This document shows, piece after piece, positions 9,095 to 19,314 of a DNA stretch of 64,000 nucleotides. A model generated the notes under the pieces. That model searched no databases. It was not told where the DNA came from and saw only the letters and a list, made by a program, of their open reading frames with translations. Position 1 is the first letter of the stretch. Every line of letters begins with the position of its first letter. This DNA is from a virus. The stretch is from positions 86,168 to 150,167 of the IMG/VR virus record IMGVR_UViG_3300032401_000002. One strand, 5' to 3'. Position numbers and translations under genes: made by a program.

Positions 9095-9666
9095 CCGCTG
9101 ACGCGCTCGACTGTGACCGAACGGTCAAAGTTGACGCCCTCGGGCATGGCCGGGTTCGGCTTGTCAACGTTCTCCTGGCCGTGTCGGAGCGTCTCATGAA
9201 GAGCCTCGTCTGATCCGGGCACGTCGGCGAAGACCTGGCCACTCGTGCGGACGTTGCGGTCTTCAGGGGCACGCTGACCCTTGCCGTCCCAGTCGTCTGC
9301 GGTCTGGATCACGGTGTCAGCCTCGGTGTAGACCTTGGGTGCATCCGTGCGACCCAGGTACCCAACGGGCTGGTACTGGAGGGCACGAGCTTCAGTAACC
9401 GTGATGATCTCGAAGAGACTACCCACGCCACGGATGAAGGCGTAGTCCTCCTGGAGCGCAACCGGAATCGACTCCGTGTCACCCTGCTGACCACGCGGAG
9501 CTAGCTGGACGCGGTACGGGTCTTTGTTGTTTCCGAGACGGAAGTGGACAGGCATCTGGCGAAGATTCCTGATGATCTTCGGGCCTGCCTTGGGGCGCGT
9601 AGCGCGCGGCTTGGGTGCTGCCTTGGGTGCTGCCTTGGGTGCTGCTGCCTTACGGGGTGTTGCCAT
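9091..9666 (-). CDS. Head-associated structural protein with N-terminal (PKAA)n basic tail
   Basis: IIRNL...LAPRGQQGD motif; SD GAGGAGG; lies downstream of the MCP on the late strand. Confidence 0.55.
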   Translation of the reverse strand: MATPRKAAAPKAAPKAAPKPRATRPKAGPKIIRNLRQMPVHFRLGNNKDPYRVQLAPRGQQGDTESIPVALQEDYAFIRGVGSLFEIITVTEARALQYQPVGYLGRTDAPKVYTEADTVIQTADDWDGKGQRAPEDRNVRTSGQVFADVPGSDEALHETLRHGQENVDKPNPAMPEGVNFDRSVTVERVSG

Positions 9667-9787
9667 TCTAATTCGACCTCCTCAGGTCTATCTCGTCCGA
9701 TCCCCGGTAATGGGGCGGGCCGTTGATACTCTATTCGGTCATTACACGGGAGTAGTTAAGAGATAGAGAGTAGCCTTGTACCAAGAG

Positions 9788-9796
9788 TGCTACACT
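9788..9796 (+). promoter_or_regulatory. sigmaA-type extended -10 (TGcTACACT) for the NAD operon
   Basis: Motif ~50 nt upstream of the start codon. Confidence 0.5.
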
Positions 9797-9845
9797 TGGA
9801 CATATCACTAGAGGCCCATGGAGGGCCTTGAAGGAGGAGGACGTA

Positions 9846-10919
9846 ATGGATTACAAGCACGCTGTGTTCGTGGGCCGGTTTCAGCCGTTCCACATGGGAC
9901 ACCTAGAGGTCATCAGGCAGGGCCTACGCATTGCGGAGAACGTGATCGTCATCGTTGGATCGTCCAACGCTGCACCGTCTCCCAAGAACCCATTCACCTT
10001 TGAGGAGCGCCGTGGCATGATCATGGACTGCTTCACAGGCGAGATGAAGAATCGCGTCAAGGTGGTCGGGGTTCGCGACTACTACTACAACATCGACGCC
10101 TGGCTCATGGATGTTCAGGGCAAGGTCAACCAGTTCGCCAGAGAGGGCGACTCGATTGCGCTCCTGGGCCAGTTCAAGGACGCTTCATCGTACTACTTGA
10201 AGCTATTCCCGCAGTGGGATCACGAGCCAGTCGAGACTTCCATGATGGATGCCACCAAGGTGCGCCACCATCTCTTCAGCGGAGTCACAGACAGACGCGA
10301 CTGGGAAGGTAAGATCCCAGCCGAACAGCGCCACCCACTCGTAGGGGAGATCGACAAGCTCTTGCCTCTGAGCACCAAGGACTTCCTGAAGGGGTACGTT
10401 CACACCAAGGCGTATGCCGATCAGGTGCGAGAGTTCAAGTACGTTCAGGACTACAAGGCACAGTGGGCTGATGCCCCCTTCCCGCCCATGTTCGTCACCA
10501 CGGATGCGTGTGTCACCACAAGTGGCCACGTTCTCGTGGTCGAGCGCAAGACCAACCCCGGTAAGGGGTTGTTCGCACTACCTGGAGGGTTCCTCAAGCC
10601 GAATGAGTTCGTGCAAGACGGGATGCTCAGGGAACTGCGAGAGGAGACCGGGATCAGGGTTGACAAGCTGATCCTGGCATCCTCAATCGTAGACTCGAAG
10701 GTCTTCGATCACCCTGACCGTTCACTGCGGGGTCGCACGATCTCGCATGGCTTCCACATCAAGCTCAAGGACGGCAACCTGCCCGAAGTCAAAGGCAACG
10801 ACGATGCGGCACGCGCAATCTGGATGTCGCTCTGGGATGTGATCCAGAACGAAGACAAGTTCTTCGAGGATCACGCCCACATCATCAACTACTTCGTAGG
10901 CGCTCAGGGAGAGCGCTGA
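9846..10919 (+). CDS. nadM: Bifunctional NMN adenylyltransferase / Nudix ADP-ribose pyrophosphatase
   Basis: [25 protein letters not shown]; Nudix box GGFLKPNE....[10 protein letters not shown]; [10 protein letters not shown]; SD before ATG 9846. Confidence 0.95.
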   Translation: MDYKHAVFVGRFQPFHMGHLEVIRQGLRIAENVIVIVGSSNAAPSPKNPFTFEERRGMIMDCFTGEMKNRVKVVGVRDYYYNIDAWLMDVQGKVNQFAREGDSIALLGQFKDASSYYLKLFPQWDHEPVETSMMDATKVRHHLFSGVTDRRDWEGKIPAEQRHPLVGEIDKLLPLSTKDFLKGYVHTKAYADQVREFKYVQDYKAQWADAPFPPMFVTTDACVTTSGHVLVVERKTNPGKGLFALPGGFLKPNEFVQDGMLRELREETGIRVDKLILASSIVDSKVFDHPDRSLRGRTISHGFHIKLKDGNLPEVKGNDDAARAIWMSLWDVIQNEDKFFEDHAHIINYFVGAQGER

Positions 10920-10929
10920 AAGGACAATC

Positions 10930-12318
10930 ATGAATGACAACATCATCCTTCTGTCCGACTCCTACAAGGTGTCGCACTGGAAGCAGTACCCGCCGAAGAC
11001 CACCAACGTCTACTCGTACTTCGAGTCTCGCGGGAGCGATGACTTCACCGAGACCACGTTCTTCGGCCTCCAATACATCATCCGCAAGCACCTTGCAGGC
11101 AAGCAGGTAACGGCTGCCAAGATCGACCAGGCTGAGGCCCTCTACGAGGCTCACTTCGGGTCGCCCGATCTCTTCAATCGCGCGGGGTGGGAGCGTATCC
11201 TCAACGAGTACGGGGGTCGATTGCCCGTTCGCATCAAGGCGGTTCCAGAAGGCACCAAGGTGCCCGTTGGCAACGTGCTGATGACCATCGAGAACACTGA
11301 CCCCGAATGCTTCTGGCTCACCAACTTCCTGGAGACACTTCTGTCTCAGGTGTGGTACCCGTCAACGGTTGCCACGGTGTCGGGCCAGGCTCGTAAGCAG
11401 ATCCTCGCGGCCCTGGAGAAGACCGGCGATCCGTCGTTGATCGACTTCAAGCTCCACGACTTCGGCTTCCGGGGCGTGTCCAGCGTCGAGTCGGCTGGGA
11501 TCGGTGGAGCGGCCCATCTACTCAACTTCCTAGGCACGGACACGGTTGCCGCCCTGACGTTCCTCCAGGACTACTACAGCGCAGGAATGGCGGGCTTCAG
11601 CGTCCCGGCTTCGGAGCACTCAACGATGACATCGTGGGGTCGAGAGAACGAGGCAGATGCCTACCGGAACATGATCGAGCAATACGGCGACTGCGGGATC
11701 TACTCCGTAGTGTCGGACTCCTACGATCTGTTCAAGGCCGTTAAGGACATCTGGGGCGACAAGCTCCGAGATGCTGTCCTGGCAGCACCGGGCACTCTGG
11801 TCGTCCGGCCAGACAGTGGCTTCCCGCCGCACATCGTGAACTACACCCTGGAACTGCTGGGTAAGCAGTTCGGCTACACCGTCAATGACAAGGGGTACAA
11901 GGTCTTGAACCCCAAGGTGCGTGTCATCCAGGGTGACGGTCTCAATCTCAAGATGATCGACAACATCCTGAAGACGATTGAGCACGAGAAGTGGAGCGCC
12001 GATAACGTGACCTTCGGGATGGGCGGTGGCCTGCTTCAGCAAGTCAACCGCGACACCATGAGGTTCGCATTCAAGTGCTCTTCAGCCATCGTGGATGGAG
12101 AAGAGCGGGATGTCTTCAAGCAGCCCGCTACCGATCAGGGCAAGGACTCCAAGCGTGGCCGGTTGGCGCTCGTCAAGAGAGACGATGAGTTCTTCACCGT
12201 GTCCGAAGAGGCAGCGAGTCGCTACGACTCGGGTAATCTCCTGGAGACCGTGTTCGAGAACGGCTGGGTCACTAGCGAGTGGAACCTCGACCAGATCCGC
12301 AAGCGTGCGCAGGTATAG
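10930..12318 (+). CDS. nadV: Nicotinamide phosphoribosyltransferase (NAMPT)
   Basis: DSYKVSH, LHDFGFRG, SEHS, SVVSDSYD, VRPDSG, IQGDG, FGMGGGLLQ, KSKRG-like motif. Confidence 0.95.
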   Translation: MNDNIILLSDSYKVSHWKQYPPKTTNVYSYFESRGSDDFTETTFFGLQYIIRKHLAGKQVTAAKIDQAEALYEAHFGSPDLFNRAGWERILNEYGGRLPVRIKAVPEGTKVPVGNVLMTIENTDPECFWLTNFLETLLSQVWYPSTVATVSGQARKQILAALEKTGDPSLIDFKLHDFGFRGVSSVESAGIGGAAHLLNFLGTDTVAALTFLQDYYSAGMAGFSVPASEHSTMTSWGRENEADAYRNMIEQYGDCGIYSVVSDSYDLFKAVKDIWGDKLRDAVLAAPGTLVVRPDSGFPPHIVNYTLELLGKQFGYTVNDKGYKVLNPKVRVIQGDGLNLKMIDNILKTIEHEKWSADNVTFGMGGGLLQQVNRDTMRFAFKCSSAIVDGEERDVFKQPATDQGKDSKRGRLALVKRDDEFFTVSEEAASRYDSGNLLETVFENGWVTSEWNLDQIRKRAQV

Positions 12319-12360
12319 ACGATAACCCCGGAAACGGGGACAATCGTATACACAACGACA

Positions 12361-12382
12361 GAGGCCCCCTTCCGGGGGCCTC
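12361..12382. terminator. Hairpin terminator between NAMPT and the MCP gene
   Basis: GAGGCCCCC-ttcc-GGGGGCCTC between convergent genes. Confidence 0.8.
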
Positions 12383-12412
12383 GTGTCGAGCGGTGTGCTT
12401 GGTCGATCAGGT

Positions 12413-13462
12413 CTAGCTGTAGAGGCCGCGATCTGCGATGTTGGTGACAACACCAGATGCTGCCCACGAGTCAGCCTTGAGGACTCGTGCGAGGCCGCGA
12501 GCGTTCAGGATCATCATCCCGACTAGCTCGTCCATGACCCAGCCCTTGTAGAACTGCTCCACAAGGTGGTTCTCCTCAACGTCGAGGCTGTACATGACCG
12601 GGAAGACGCCGACGTACTCTGGATCAGCGGAGAGGAAGACCTCGCCCTGCGGCACGATGACCGACTTCTGAACCTGGAACTCGCCGAACGACGTGATCTT
12701 CTCGCCTGCGAATACCTTGTCCTTGAAGCTCCAACCCGTGACGTTGATGTCCCAGGTGTAGAGGTCGCGGATGTCCTGCGGGTGAGCAAGGACACGAGAT
12801 GCCTCTAGCTGCTCGATCTCAACCATCGAGACCGCGCTGTAGAAGTCAACCGGCTCAAGCGGGTTCGATGCCCCGATGATGACGGTCTTCTCGCTCGTGT
12901 GGCCACCAGGGCCAGCCGAGATTCCGGTAGCGATACCGCCAGTCGGGGTCTGACCCGCTGCGCCGTAATCGCCGATTGCGCCTTCGAGAAGGAGGATGAG
13001 CTTGTAGTCTTCCTGCTTCTGGATGGCCTGCCGTGACTCGTCCTGCGCGTACTCGACCGCGTTCACTCGGAGGTAGTACAAGTCCTCCTTGCGGATGCGG
13101 GGGAAGGACGCGATGCGGAAGAGGTTCGGGAACGCCTGCTTACCTTCGAAGACCTGTAGCTTGACTTCAGAATCCGTAGCGTTCAGGATGTAAGCCTTAC
13201 CGAGGTCGTCTAGGATGTCATACGGCATGAGCGGGCCGCGCTCCAGGGTGTCCTCTAGGAGGACGTTGCGTACGATACCCTCGTATCGTAGGCGGATCTG
13301 GATCGGGCCGATCATTCCCTGGCCGAGGCGGTGCATACCGCTGGCCTTGTCAGCGAGGATCGTCGCGAGACGCTGCTGCTTCTCCTGCTTGGTCAGCTTC
13401 TTGAGCGAACCGAGCTTCTCGACGTAGTCGTCACTGTGCTTTGCTGTGCGTGCTGTAAGCAT
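12413..13462 (-). CDS. Major capsid protein (Bxz1-like)
   Basis: SDDYV, LGQGMIGPIQIRLRYEGIVRNVLLEDTL, FRIASFPRIRKEDLYYLR, GWVMDELVGM resemble the Bxz1-type MCP. Confidence 0.92.
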   Translation of the reverse strand: MLTARTAKHSDDYVEKLGSLKKLTKQEKQQRLATILADKASGMHRLGQGMIGPIQIRLRYEGIVRNVLLEDTLERGPLMPYDILDDLGKAYILNATDSEVKLQVFEGKQAFPNLFRIASFPRIRKEDLYYLRVNAVEYAQDESRQAIQKQEDYKLILLLEGAIGDYGAAGQTPTGGIATGISAGPGGHTSEKTVIIGASNPLEPVDFYSAVSMVEIEQLEASRVLAHPQDIRDLYTWDINVTGWSFKDKVFAGEKITSFGEFQVQKSVIVPQGEVFLSADPEYVGVFPVMYSLDVEENHLVEQFYKGWVMDELVGMMILNARGLARVLKADSWAASGVVTNIADRGLYS

Positions 13463-13504
13463 GTCTGTTATCTCTTTCTGAGAATCTTCAGTCAGGGCCG
13501 GGGC

Positions 13505-14050
13505 CTAGACGAGAAGCTCCACGATGACGGCGTTAGCTGACAGACGAGTCACTAGACGACCTACGTTGTTGATGACGTTTGCGCCCGCAGTGCCGACGAC
13601 CTGACCCTTAGCGTTGGACTTGAAGTAGACTTCGTTGGCTACCGCGCCATCCTCCGCTGCTGCCAGCGCAGAAAGACCCGTGTCATCGAAGGCCGGTGCG
13701 AGGATCTCGAAGACCCCACCCGCTCCGCGCCAAACACCAACGCGGTCGAAGTCGGTCGGAATGTCGGAAAGCTCTCCACCAACGAAGTTGGCGAACAGCC
13801 CAAACGGACGGTTGGAAGCTGCCGCAGCGGCCGAAACAGTTACAGCCTCTCCGACGAGCTTGTTTGCGACCTGTCCGGGAAGGATGGCCGACTTTGCACC
13901 CGTGATGGCAGTACCGCCCGAAAGCGCTCCTGCTGTACGGACGAAGGCGGAACTAAGCTGCACGTCGTACGGGTACGCCTGCGTCTGTCCATACAGAGCG
14001 CGGAGCGTGCGACGGTTGTACTTGTTCGCCAGGTTGGTTAGTCGTAGCAT
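13505..14050 (-). CDS. Capsid decoration / cement protein
   Basis: RRTLRALYGQTQAYP, ILPG, PFGLFANFV, GVW...GGVFEILAPAFD; directly upstream of the MCP. Confidence 0.75.
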   Translation of the reverse strand: MLRLTNLANKYNRRTLRALYGQTQAYPYDVQLSSAFVRTAGALSGGTAITGAKSAILPGQVANKLVGEAVTVSAAAAASNRPFGLFANFVGGELSDIPTDFDRVGVWRGAGGVFEILAPAFDDTGLSALAAAEDGAVANEVYFKSNAKGQVVGTAGANVINNVGRLVTRLSANAVIVELLV

Positions 14051-14135
14051 GGTTTCTCTTGGTTTCCTTTGGGAGTTAGCCTGTTGAGGCTTTCTACATC
14101 TTCAGCCTAGGAACTGGCTTGGAATGTAGTGGGGC

Positions 14136-16832
14136 CTAGAAGATTGAGTCCTCGAACTCGTCTTCAACTGCGTGTGCGTCGATGTCGAACGAAGCAACCG
14201 GGCGGAAGCTCGGTACTCGTCCTGCTGTCGGTGCCTTCGTGCTCGTCGCCTTGCGGAGACCAGCGGTCTTGACCTTGGCGTACGCCTCGATCTGGGCGTC
14301 AAGCGCCTGAACCGGGGTGTCCTCTAGCTCGGACGCGCGGTCGAACTTCGCGTCAGAATCGAGGATGCCTAGCTCGACCTCAGTCTCTGCGACCTTGAGG
14401 GCCTTGTAGACCTGAGCCTTGGCGTTCGCTACTGCGACACCAATCGGGCCACCGACCTCGTTGGAGTTGTCGCCGCCAACAGGGTTAGCACCCTTGAGGC
14501 TACGGAACTCTTCACTGGAGTCGGTCTCGGTGGGGCCACCAACCTCTTCCTTCAGCGATCCGTCAAGCTGGACTCGCGTCGGGTCGTGATCGGGGAAGCC
14601 GTGGCCGGGAGAATCCCAGACGCCACTATCGTCAGCCGTCTTCTCCGTTGCGGAGACGGTGCTGAGCAACTCACCAGCATCACTCGTCACGGCATCCTGC
14701 TGACCAAGGCTATCGCCCTCGCCACCACTCCAGGTGTCCGTGTGGGGCGCGGTGAAGTCGCCCGTGTCCTTCTCTACGTTCTCGTTGTCGATGCCGCTCA
14801 GCGGATCTCCAGTGACAGCGCCCACGCCTTCTACGTCTACACGCTTGTCAGCCTGGACACCCTCACCATTAGCAGAGGCACCGTCAGCGATCTTTGTCTG
14901 TGCGGTCATGTTGTCCTTTCGGGTTTTACTTTCGACTGGAGCCTTCGAGTCCGTGATAACCTTCTTACCAATCGGCTTGTCTGACAACTGTCGTGTAACA
15001 GGAAGGATGGGCCGTTCCTGTGTCTTAATCCGTCCACCTTGGGCGGAAGTCTTCTCAACCTTTACAGTGGCCGTCTCTGCTACCTTTGATGTGGCAGGCA
15101 TAGCGCCGCCCGGCATGGGCTTGGGGCTACTCGGGTCGTTCGGGTTGGTCTGAATATCGTTGGGAGCGCCAGGCTGCTGGCCCTGTGCAGCCTGCTCAGC
15201 GTCCTGCTGATGCATCTGCTCATCGACCTCCTTGGCCTTCTCCAGGTCGGGATTGTCAAAGCCCTCGGGCGGCTCTTCGTAGTTGCAGACTTCGCAGACG
15301 CCGTCTTCCATATCGCTACCGCAGATCGGGCAAACCTGATCCTGACGAAGTGTGTCTACCTGATCGGGAGCAACCGTCATATCTGACTGCGGCTCGGGGT
15401 TACGGTCGGCTGTTACACCACGGCCACGCAAGATCTGCCGAATCTCATTTGCGTTCATGCCATACGAACGTGCGATGGCTTCCAAAGACTGGCCCTGTCG
15501 GTGAGCCGCCACAACGTCGTCATTCATGTTGGCCGTCTTGGCTGTTGAGCGATCCTCAAGACCAATCTGTTGTCCGGCTGCATCCCACTCTGCATCTGCT
15601 GCCTTCATAGCTGCATTGATTTCTGTCTGCTGCTCGGGGGAGAGCATGTTCCAGACGGACACGACCGAACCAGTCGAGCCTTCGCCCAGGAAGTCATTGC
15701 GATCTCCGGGGGTCTCAACGGTCGGGGTGCCATGCTCACCATAAGGGTCATGTCGATCTCCACCCATGGGAACAGCCTGCTTGTTCCGATCAAGATGGTC
15801 AACAAGCTCCCAGAGCTTCTGGTATGTGCCAGTGCTGATTCCACTGAGAGTCTCTGCGACCTCGTCGGGTGTGTAGTAGTCAAGACCTTCGGCGGGCGGG
15901 ATTGCTCCCTGTGCTCCGACGCCAGGTGCAACACCAGCGATGTTGTAGACCGGGACTAGATCTTCCTGCTGTGCTACCTGGACTCCGTACGGGGTCTGGA
16001 CGTGGTACTGAAGGATGCCACCATTGGCGGTGTAGTCCACGATCTTGCCGCTCTGGCCAGAGCCGGGGCCTCCACCGATCTGAACCTCTTCGCCAACGCG
16101 GAACTGCTGCGCGCCTTCTACCTGGACGGCAGACACGCGAGCGGCCTTCTTGATATCGCGCACGAGCGCGGTCTCATCGGCAGGATCGAAGACAAAGCTG
16201 ATCTCGAAGAAACCAATGTCGTAGCAGTCCTCATAGGACTTCTTGGCCACCTTCTGCCCACTCGGTGTGTGGAAGTCAAAGTATGCACCCTTGGACTGGA
16301 CGTGCTTGCAATATTGCTCGGGCGAGCGGGCTTCGTTACCGCAGTGTGAGCACTTGCTCAACTCTACGTTCGCACCCATGGACACGCCATCGATGTCGCC
16401 ATCTACGATAGCCTTGGCGAGCTTGGGGAACTTCTTGGCATCCACTTCGAGCAGAAGCTCGATCCAGGTTGCCGGAAGGTGATTGGCGGGAGCGGCCGAG
16501 TAGTACGGGTCGAGACTTGCTGTCTTCTCGTCCTCGATGTGCAGGGCTGCGTCCACGATGACACCACGCGCCCGCTTGGGGTCGCTGTTGTGGTGGTCTA
16601 CGAAGATCGGCTTGCCGATGAAGGTGCGCCAAGACTTCTCAAGCTCAGTGGCGGGCCATCCATCGTGGTTCTTGTTGACGCGCGATGAGATCGCTCGCAC
16701 GCGCACATAGACGTATCCGTCTTCAGTGCGATAGTCGTCGTACTCAGCGAACTTGGACAACGAAGCAGAGCGCTCCTTAGAGGGAGCGCTCTTGACTTCG
16801 AGGACTTCTAGCTTCGCGTACTTCTGGAACAC
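14136..16832 (-). CDS. Prohead (maturation) protease fused to SH3, HTH, Zn-ribbon and scaffold regions
   Basis: RAISSRVNKNHDGW, TFIGKPIFVDH, ARGVIVDA, DGVSMG (HK97/assemblin-type His/Ser protease); acidic scaffold-like C-terminus. Confidence 0.85.
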   Translation of the reverse strand: MFQKYAKLEVLEVKSAPSKERSASLSKFAEYDDYRTEDGYVYVRVRAISSRVNKNHDGWPATELEKSWRTFIGKPIFVDHHNSDPKRARGVIVDAALHIEDEKTASLDPYYSAAPANHLPATWIELLLEVDAKKFPKLAKAIVDGDIDGVSMGANVELSKCSHCGNEARSPEQYCKHVQSKGAYFDFHTPSGQKVAKKSYEDCYDIGFFEISFVFDPADETALVRDIKKAARVSAVQVEGAQQFRVGEEVQIGGGPGSGQSGKIVDYTANGGILQYHVQTPYGVQVAQQEDLVPVYNIAGVAPGVGAQGAIPPAEGLDYYTPDEVAETLSGISTGTYQKLWELVDHLDRNKQAVPMGGDRHDPYGEHGTPTVETPGDRNDFLGEGSTGSVVSVWNMLSPEQQTEINAAMKAADAEWDAAGQQIGLEDRSTAKTANMNDDVVAAHRQGQSLEAIARSYGMNANEIRQILRGRGVTADRNPEPQSDMTVAPDQVDTLRQDQVCPICGSDMEDGVCEVCNYEEPPEGFDNPDLEKAKEVDEQMHQQDAEQAAQGQQPGAPNDIQTNPNDPSSPKPMPGGAMPATSKVAETATVKVEKTSAQGGRIKTQERPILPVTRQLSDKPIGKKVITDSKAPVESKTRKDNMTAQTKIADGASANGEGVQADKRVDVEGVGAVTGDPLSGIDNENVEKDTGDFTAPHTDTWSGGEGDSLGQQDAVTSDAGELLSTVSATEKTADDSGVWDSPGHGFPDHDPTRVQLDGSLKEEVGGPTETDSSEEFRSLKGANPVGGDNSNEVGGPIGVAVANAKAQVYKALKVAETEVELGILDSDAKFDRASELEDTPVQALDAQIEAYAKVKTAGLRKATSTKAPTAGRVPSFRPVASFDIDAHAVEDEFEDSIF

Positions 16833-16840
16833 TGCTGTCC

Positions 16841-17716
16841 CTACTTCGCGATCAGGGTTACAACCGCGATCTTGCTCTCGGGGAGATTGGTGTCCTGACC
16901 GTTGACAACGGCAGAGCCGGTGCGTCGGATCTTGGCCACCGTGTGTGTCGGGTAGAACTGGCGGGCTTCAGCGATGATCTCCTTGTTGCCTACCGAGCCA
17001 GTCGTGTTCTGACGAACAACGGTGATCTCAGCCTGCTTGGAGTTGTAGTGCGCGAACGCACCTACGCCGATGCCAGACTTGGGCTTGACCGGGGGAGGAA
17101 GCGGAGGGCCTCCAGCCGGGCCACCGGGAGCGGGTAGACCGCCACCCTGCGGGGGAGCACCAATGTCGGGAACAGCACCCGGATCACCCAGCGGGTCGCC
17201 ACCCATACCAGGGTCGCCTCCCATTGGATCGGGGCCGAGGTCGTCAGGGCCAGCATCGGGGCCGAGGCCACCGCCGCCCTTAACTACGTCGAGTAGCTGC
17301 TGGAGGAGTTGGATGATTCCATCGTCGCCCTTGAGCGGCTTCTCTTCTCCTCCGAGATCGTCGGCGTCTGAATCTCCGTCGCCGAAATCAGGTGCAGGAG
17401 AATCAGAAGAGTCGTCATCAGATGACGAGTCGTCTGCCGGGGGTGAATCAGACGGAGGAGCGTCATCAGACGGCTCCTCTGTGTCGCTGCTGTCGCTGTC
17501 GTCAGACGGCGGGAACTCACTCACGCGGATAGTTGCTGCGAAGACCTGATCTCCAACCTTCACGCCAGCGGCTAGTGCCTCTTCAGCGTCTGCCTTCTTC
17601 GCCTTGAGAGAAACAAGGTCGGCATTCGGGTAACGAGTCAGGAGAGACTTCGCTGCATCTGCGCGCGAGACGTTTGCCTTGCGGTAGAAAGTTGTGGTTG
17701 TCATTTCCTCTTCCAT
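16841..17716 (-). CDS. Acidic Pro/Gly-rich head/core protein
   Basis: Low-complexity D/S/P/G centre; co-transcribed with the protease. Confidence 0.55.
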   Translation of the reverse strand: MEEEMTTTTFYRKANVSRADAAKSLLTRYPNADLVSLKAKKADAEEALAAGVKVGDQVFAATIRVSEFPPSDDSDSSDTEEPSDDAPPSDSPPADDSSSDDDSSDSPAPDFGDGDSDADDLGGEEKPLKGDDGIIQLLQQLLDVVKGGGGLGPDAGPDDLGPDPMGGDPGMGGDPLGDPGAVPDIGAPPQGGGLPAPGGPAGGPPLPPPVKPKSGIGVGAFAHYNSKQAEITVVRQNTTGSVGNKEIIAEARQFYPTHTVAKIRRTGSAVVNGQDTNLPESKIAVVTLIAK

Positions 17717-17762
17717 GTGATTGGTCGTAACTTAGGTGTCTGCTGTTAGCCTGAACATAGGG

Positions 17763-18518
17763 CTACAGAGAGTCAACCCTTCGTACCTTGCATAGCGGGA
17801 TCAGTCCAACGTATAGTGGTCTGTTCTCGTGTGCAGTGCCGCTACCCTCTGTGTTGATGATCGTTCCAGAGAAGTTGGTCTGCAATGTGTGGGTGATCTC
17901 GTCGCGTACGTAGAAGAGGTAGTTGATTCCTCCCTGCGGTAGCTGGATGATCTGTTGGTTGTACGTGTGATTGTGGTTCCCGCCGCCGTGGTTATGGGCA
18001 GGTATCTGAGCCAAGGACAAGATTACCTCGTTAAGTCCTCCCGTAGCCTGGGGGCCGGGTGCTCCTGCTGGCAGGTTGATGTTGCCGTTCCCCACGGCGG
18101 CGGCAGCGGTGCCATCGGCCTTATTCAGGTCGGCACCGATGATTGAACGATTCAGTAGATTCGGTAGGGTGACAGACACCACTACACCAGGGAAGTCATG
18201 GTTGACGGCCGATACTACTGAACCATCGCAAACAAGGCAGCCGTCAGGGAGTGCAACGGTTGCGTCAGGGCGGAACCAGTGAAACACTGTGCCAATTGGC
18301 ATAGCGTCTAGCTCCAGAAGTTTGACCTCTCGATAGATACCACCATTCGTACCAGTGGTTGGAGGCCAGTCTCCAGCGGGCGGAATCCCAACGATCCCGT
18401 CCAGTGTGTCAAAGTTCTGAGTAAGCTCGGTGTGGTCGTACGAGTCAGTGCCTGCGGGCCATACCCGGAAGCGATGAACGCCCAGACTACCTGAGGGGTT
18501 TGACCAACGGTCAGCCAT
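17763..18518 (-). CDS. Tail-collar-domain fibre protein
   Basis: PIGTV..W...LPDG.LVCDG..., LPNLLNR.IIGA, GG...V.LSLAQIPAHNH, AHENRP.Y. Confidence 0.8.
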   Translation of the reverse strand: MADRWSNPSGSLGVHRFRVWPAGTDSYDHTELTQNFDTLDGIVGIPPAGDWPPTTGTNGGIYREVKLLELDAMPIGTVFHWFRPDATVALPDGCLVCDGSVVSAVNHDFPGVVVSVTLPNLLNRSIIGADLNKADGTAAAAVGNGNINLPAGAPGPQATGGLNEVILSLAQIPAHNHGGGNHNHTYNQQIIQLPQGGINYLFYVRDEITHTLQTNFSGTIINTEGSGTAHENRPLYVGLIPLCKVRRVDSL

Positions 18519-19306
18519 TAGCTCTTCTCGCGGATGAAGACCACGCGGTTGCCGCTAAGATGGCGCTGACGCCTGTAGACGCCGCCACCATTGCTCTGAT
18601 CGCCCGTGCCACCTTCTGGAAGAGTGTTCCCTTCGATGGTCTCGAACGTACCCTTAGCGCGATCAATCCACTTCACGAACAGACCGATATGATCGAACGT
18701 GCCATCGCTCTGCCAGTCGTAGAGGACGAAGTCTCCCTTGAGGGGGTTGTTGGTGACATAGAGGCCATTCTGGTTAGCGAATGCCGCTGACACGATATAG
18801 GGGCAGTAGCCGAACATGAACTTGCCGCCAGCCTTGTTGTCGCACCAGGAAGCGAAGTACGCGCACCAGGGGTTACCATCTGCACCGTACCACTTGCCGA
18901 AGATCGTTCGATTGCCGAAGCCTTCGCGATACCCAATGTGCTTCTCAGCTTCGATGATCCTCTTCTCGCCTAGCGTGACCTTCTTCGCATCGGCCGCTGC
19001 CTTTGCGATTCGAGCCTTACGTCGAACCTTGTAGGTGACAGGAAGATCCTTGTACGAAGGGTGATCGATCTTGACCAAGAACGAGCGGAGCTTCGCGCCC
19101 ATGTGGCTGTCGATCTGACCAGTTGGGTACCCAAGCCAATACTTGGCTCGATGAGCGGCAGCACCCGTGACCGGGCCGTACTCGCTATCAGGCTGTCCCG
19201 TGTAGAACTTCTGGTTCCAGCGGTTGTGACCGAGAAGCCACTGGGCTTCTTCGACATCCTTACCGCGTGTGTGTGGTGACGCGACTGCTAGAGTTGGAAA
19301 CAACAT
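18518..19306 (-). CDS. Endolysin: peptidoglycan-binding domain + CHAP peptidase
   Basis: GKDVEEAQ..L...DSEYGPVT; PWCAYFASWC, GDFVLYDW...HIG, TIEGNT. Confidence 0.88.
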   Translation of the reverse strand: MLFPTLAVASPHTRGKDVEEAQWLLGHNRWNQKFYTGQPDSEYGPVTGAAAHRAKYWLGYPTGQIDSHMGAKLRSFLVKIDHPSYKDLPVTYKVRRKARIAKAAADAKKVTLGEKRIIEAEKHIGYREGFGNRTIFGKWYGADGNPWCAYFASWCDNKAGGKFMFGYCPYIVSAAFANQNGLYVTNNPLKGDFVLYDWQSDGTFDHIGLFVKWIDRAKGTFETIEGNTLPEGGTGDQSNGGGVYRRQRHLSGNRVVFIREKS

Positions 19307-19314
19307 GTCAGTCC

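Noticed and set aside
9673-9690. Small hairpin over the SD of 9091..9666
   Set aside because: Only a 5-bp stem; too weak to call regulatory
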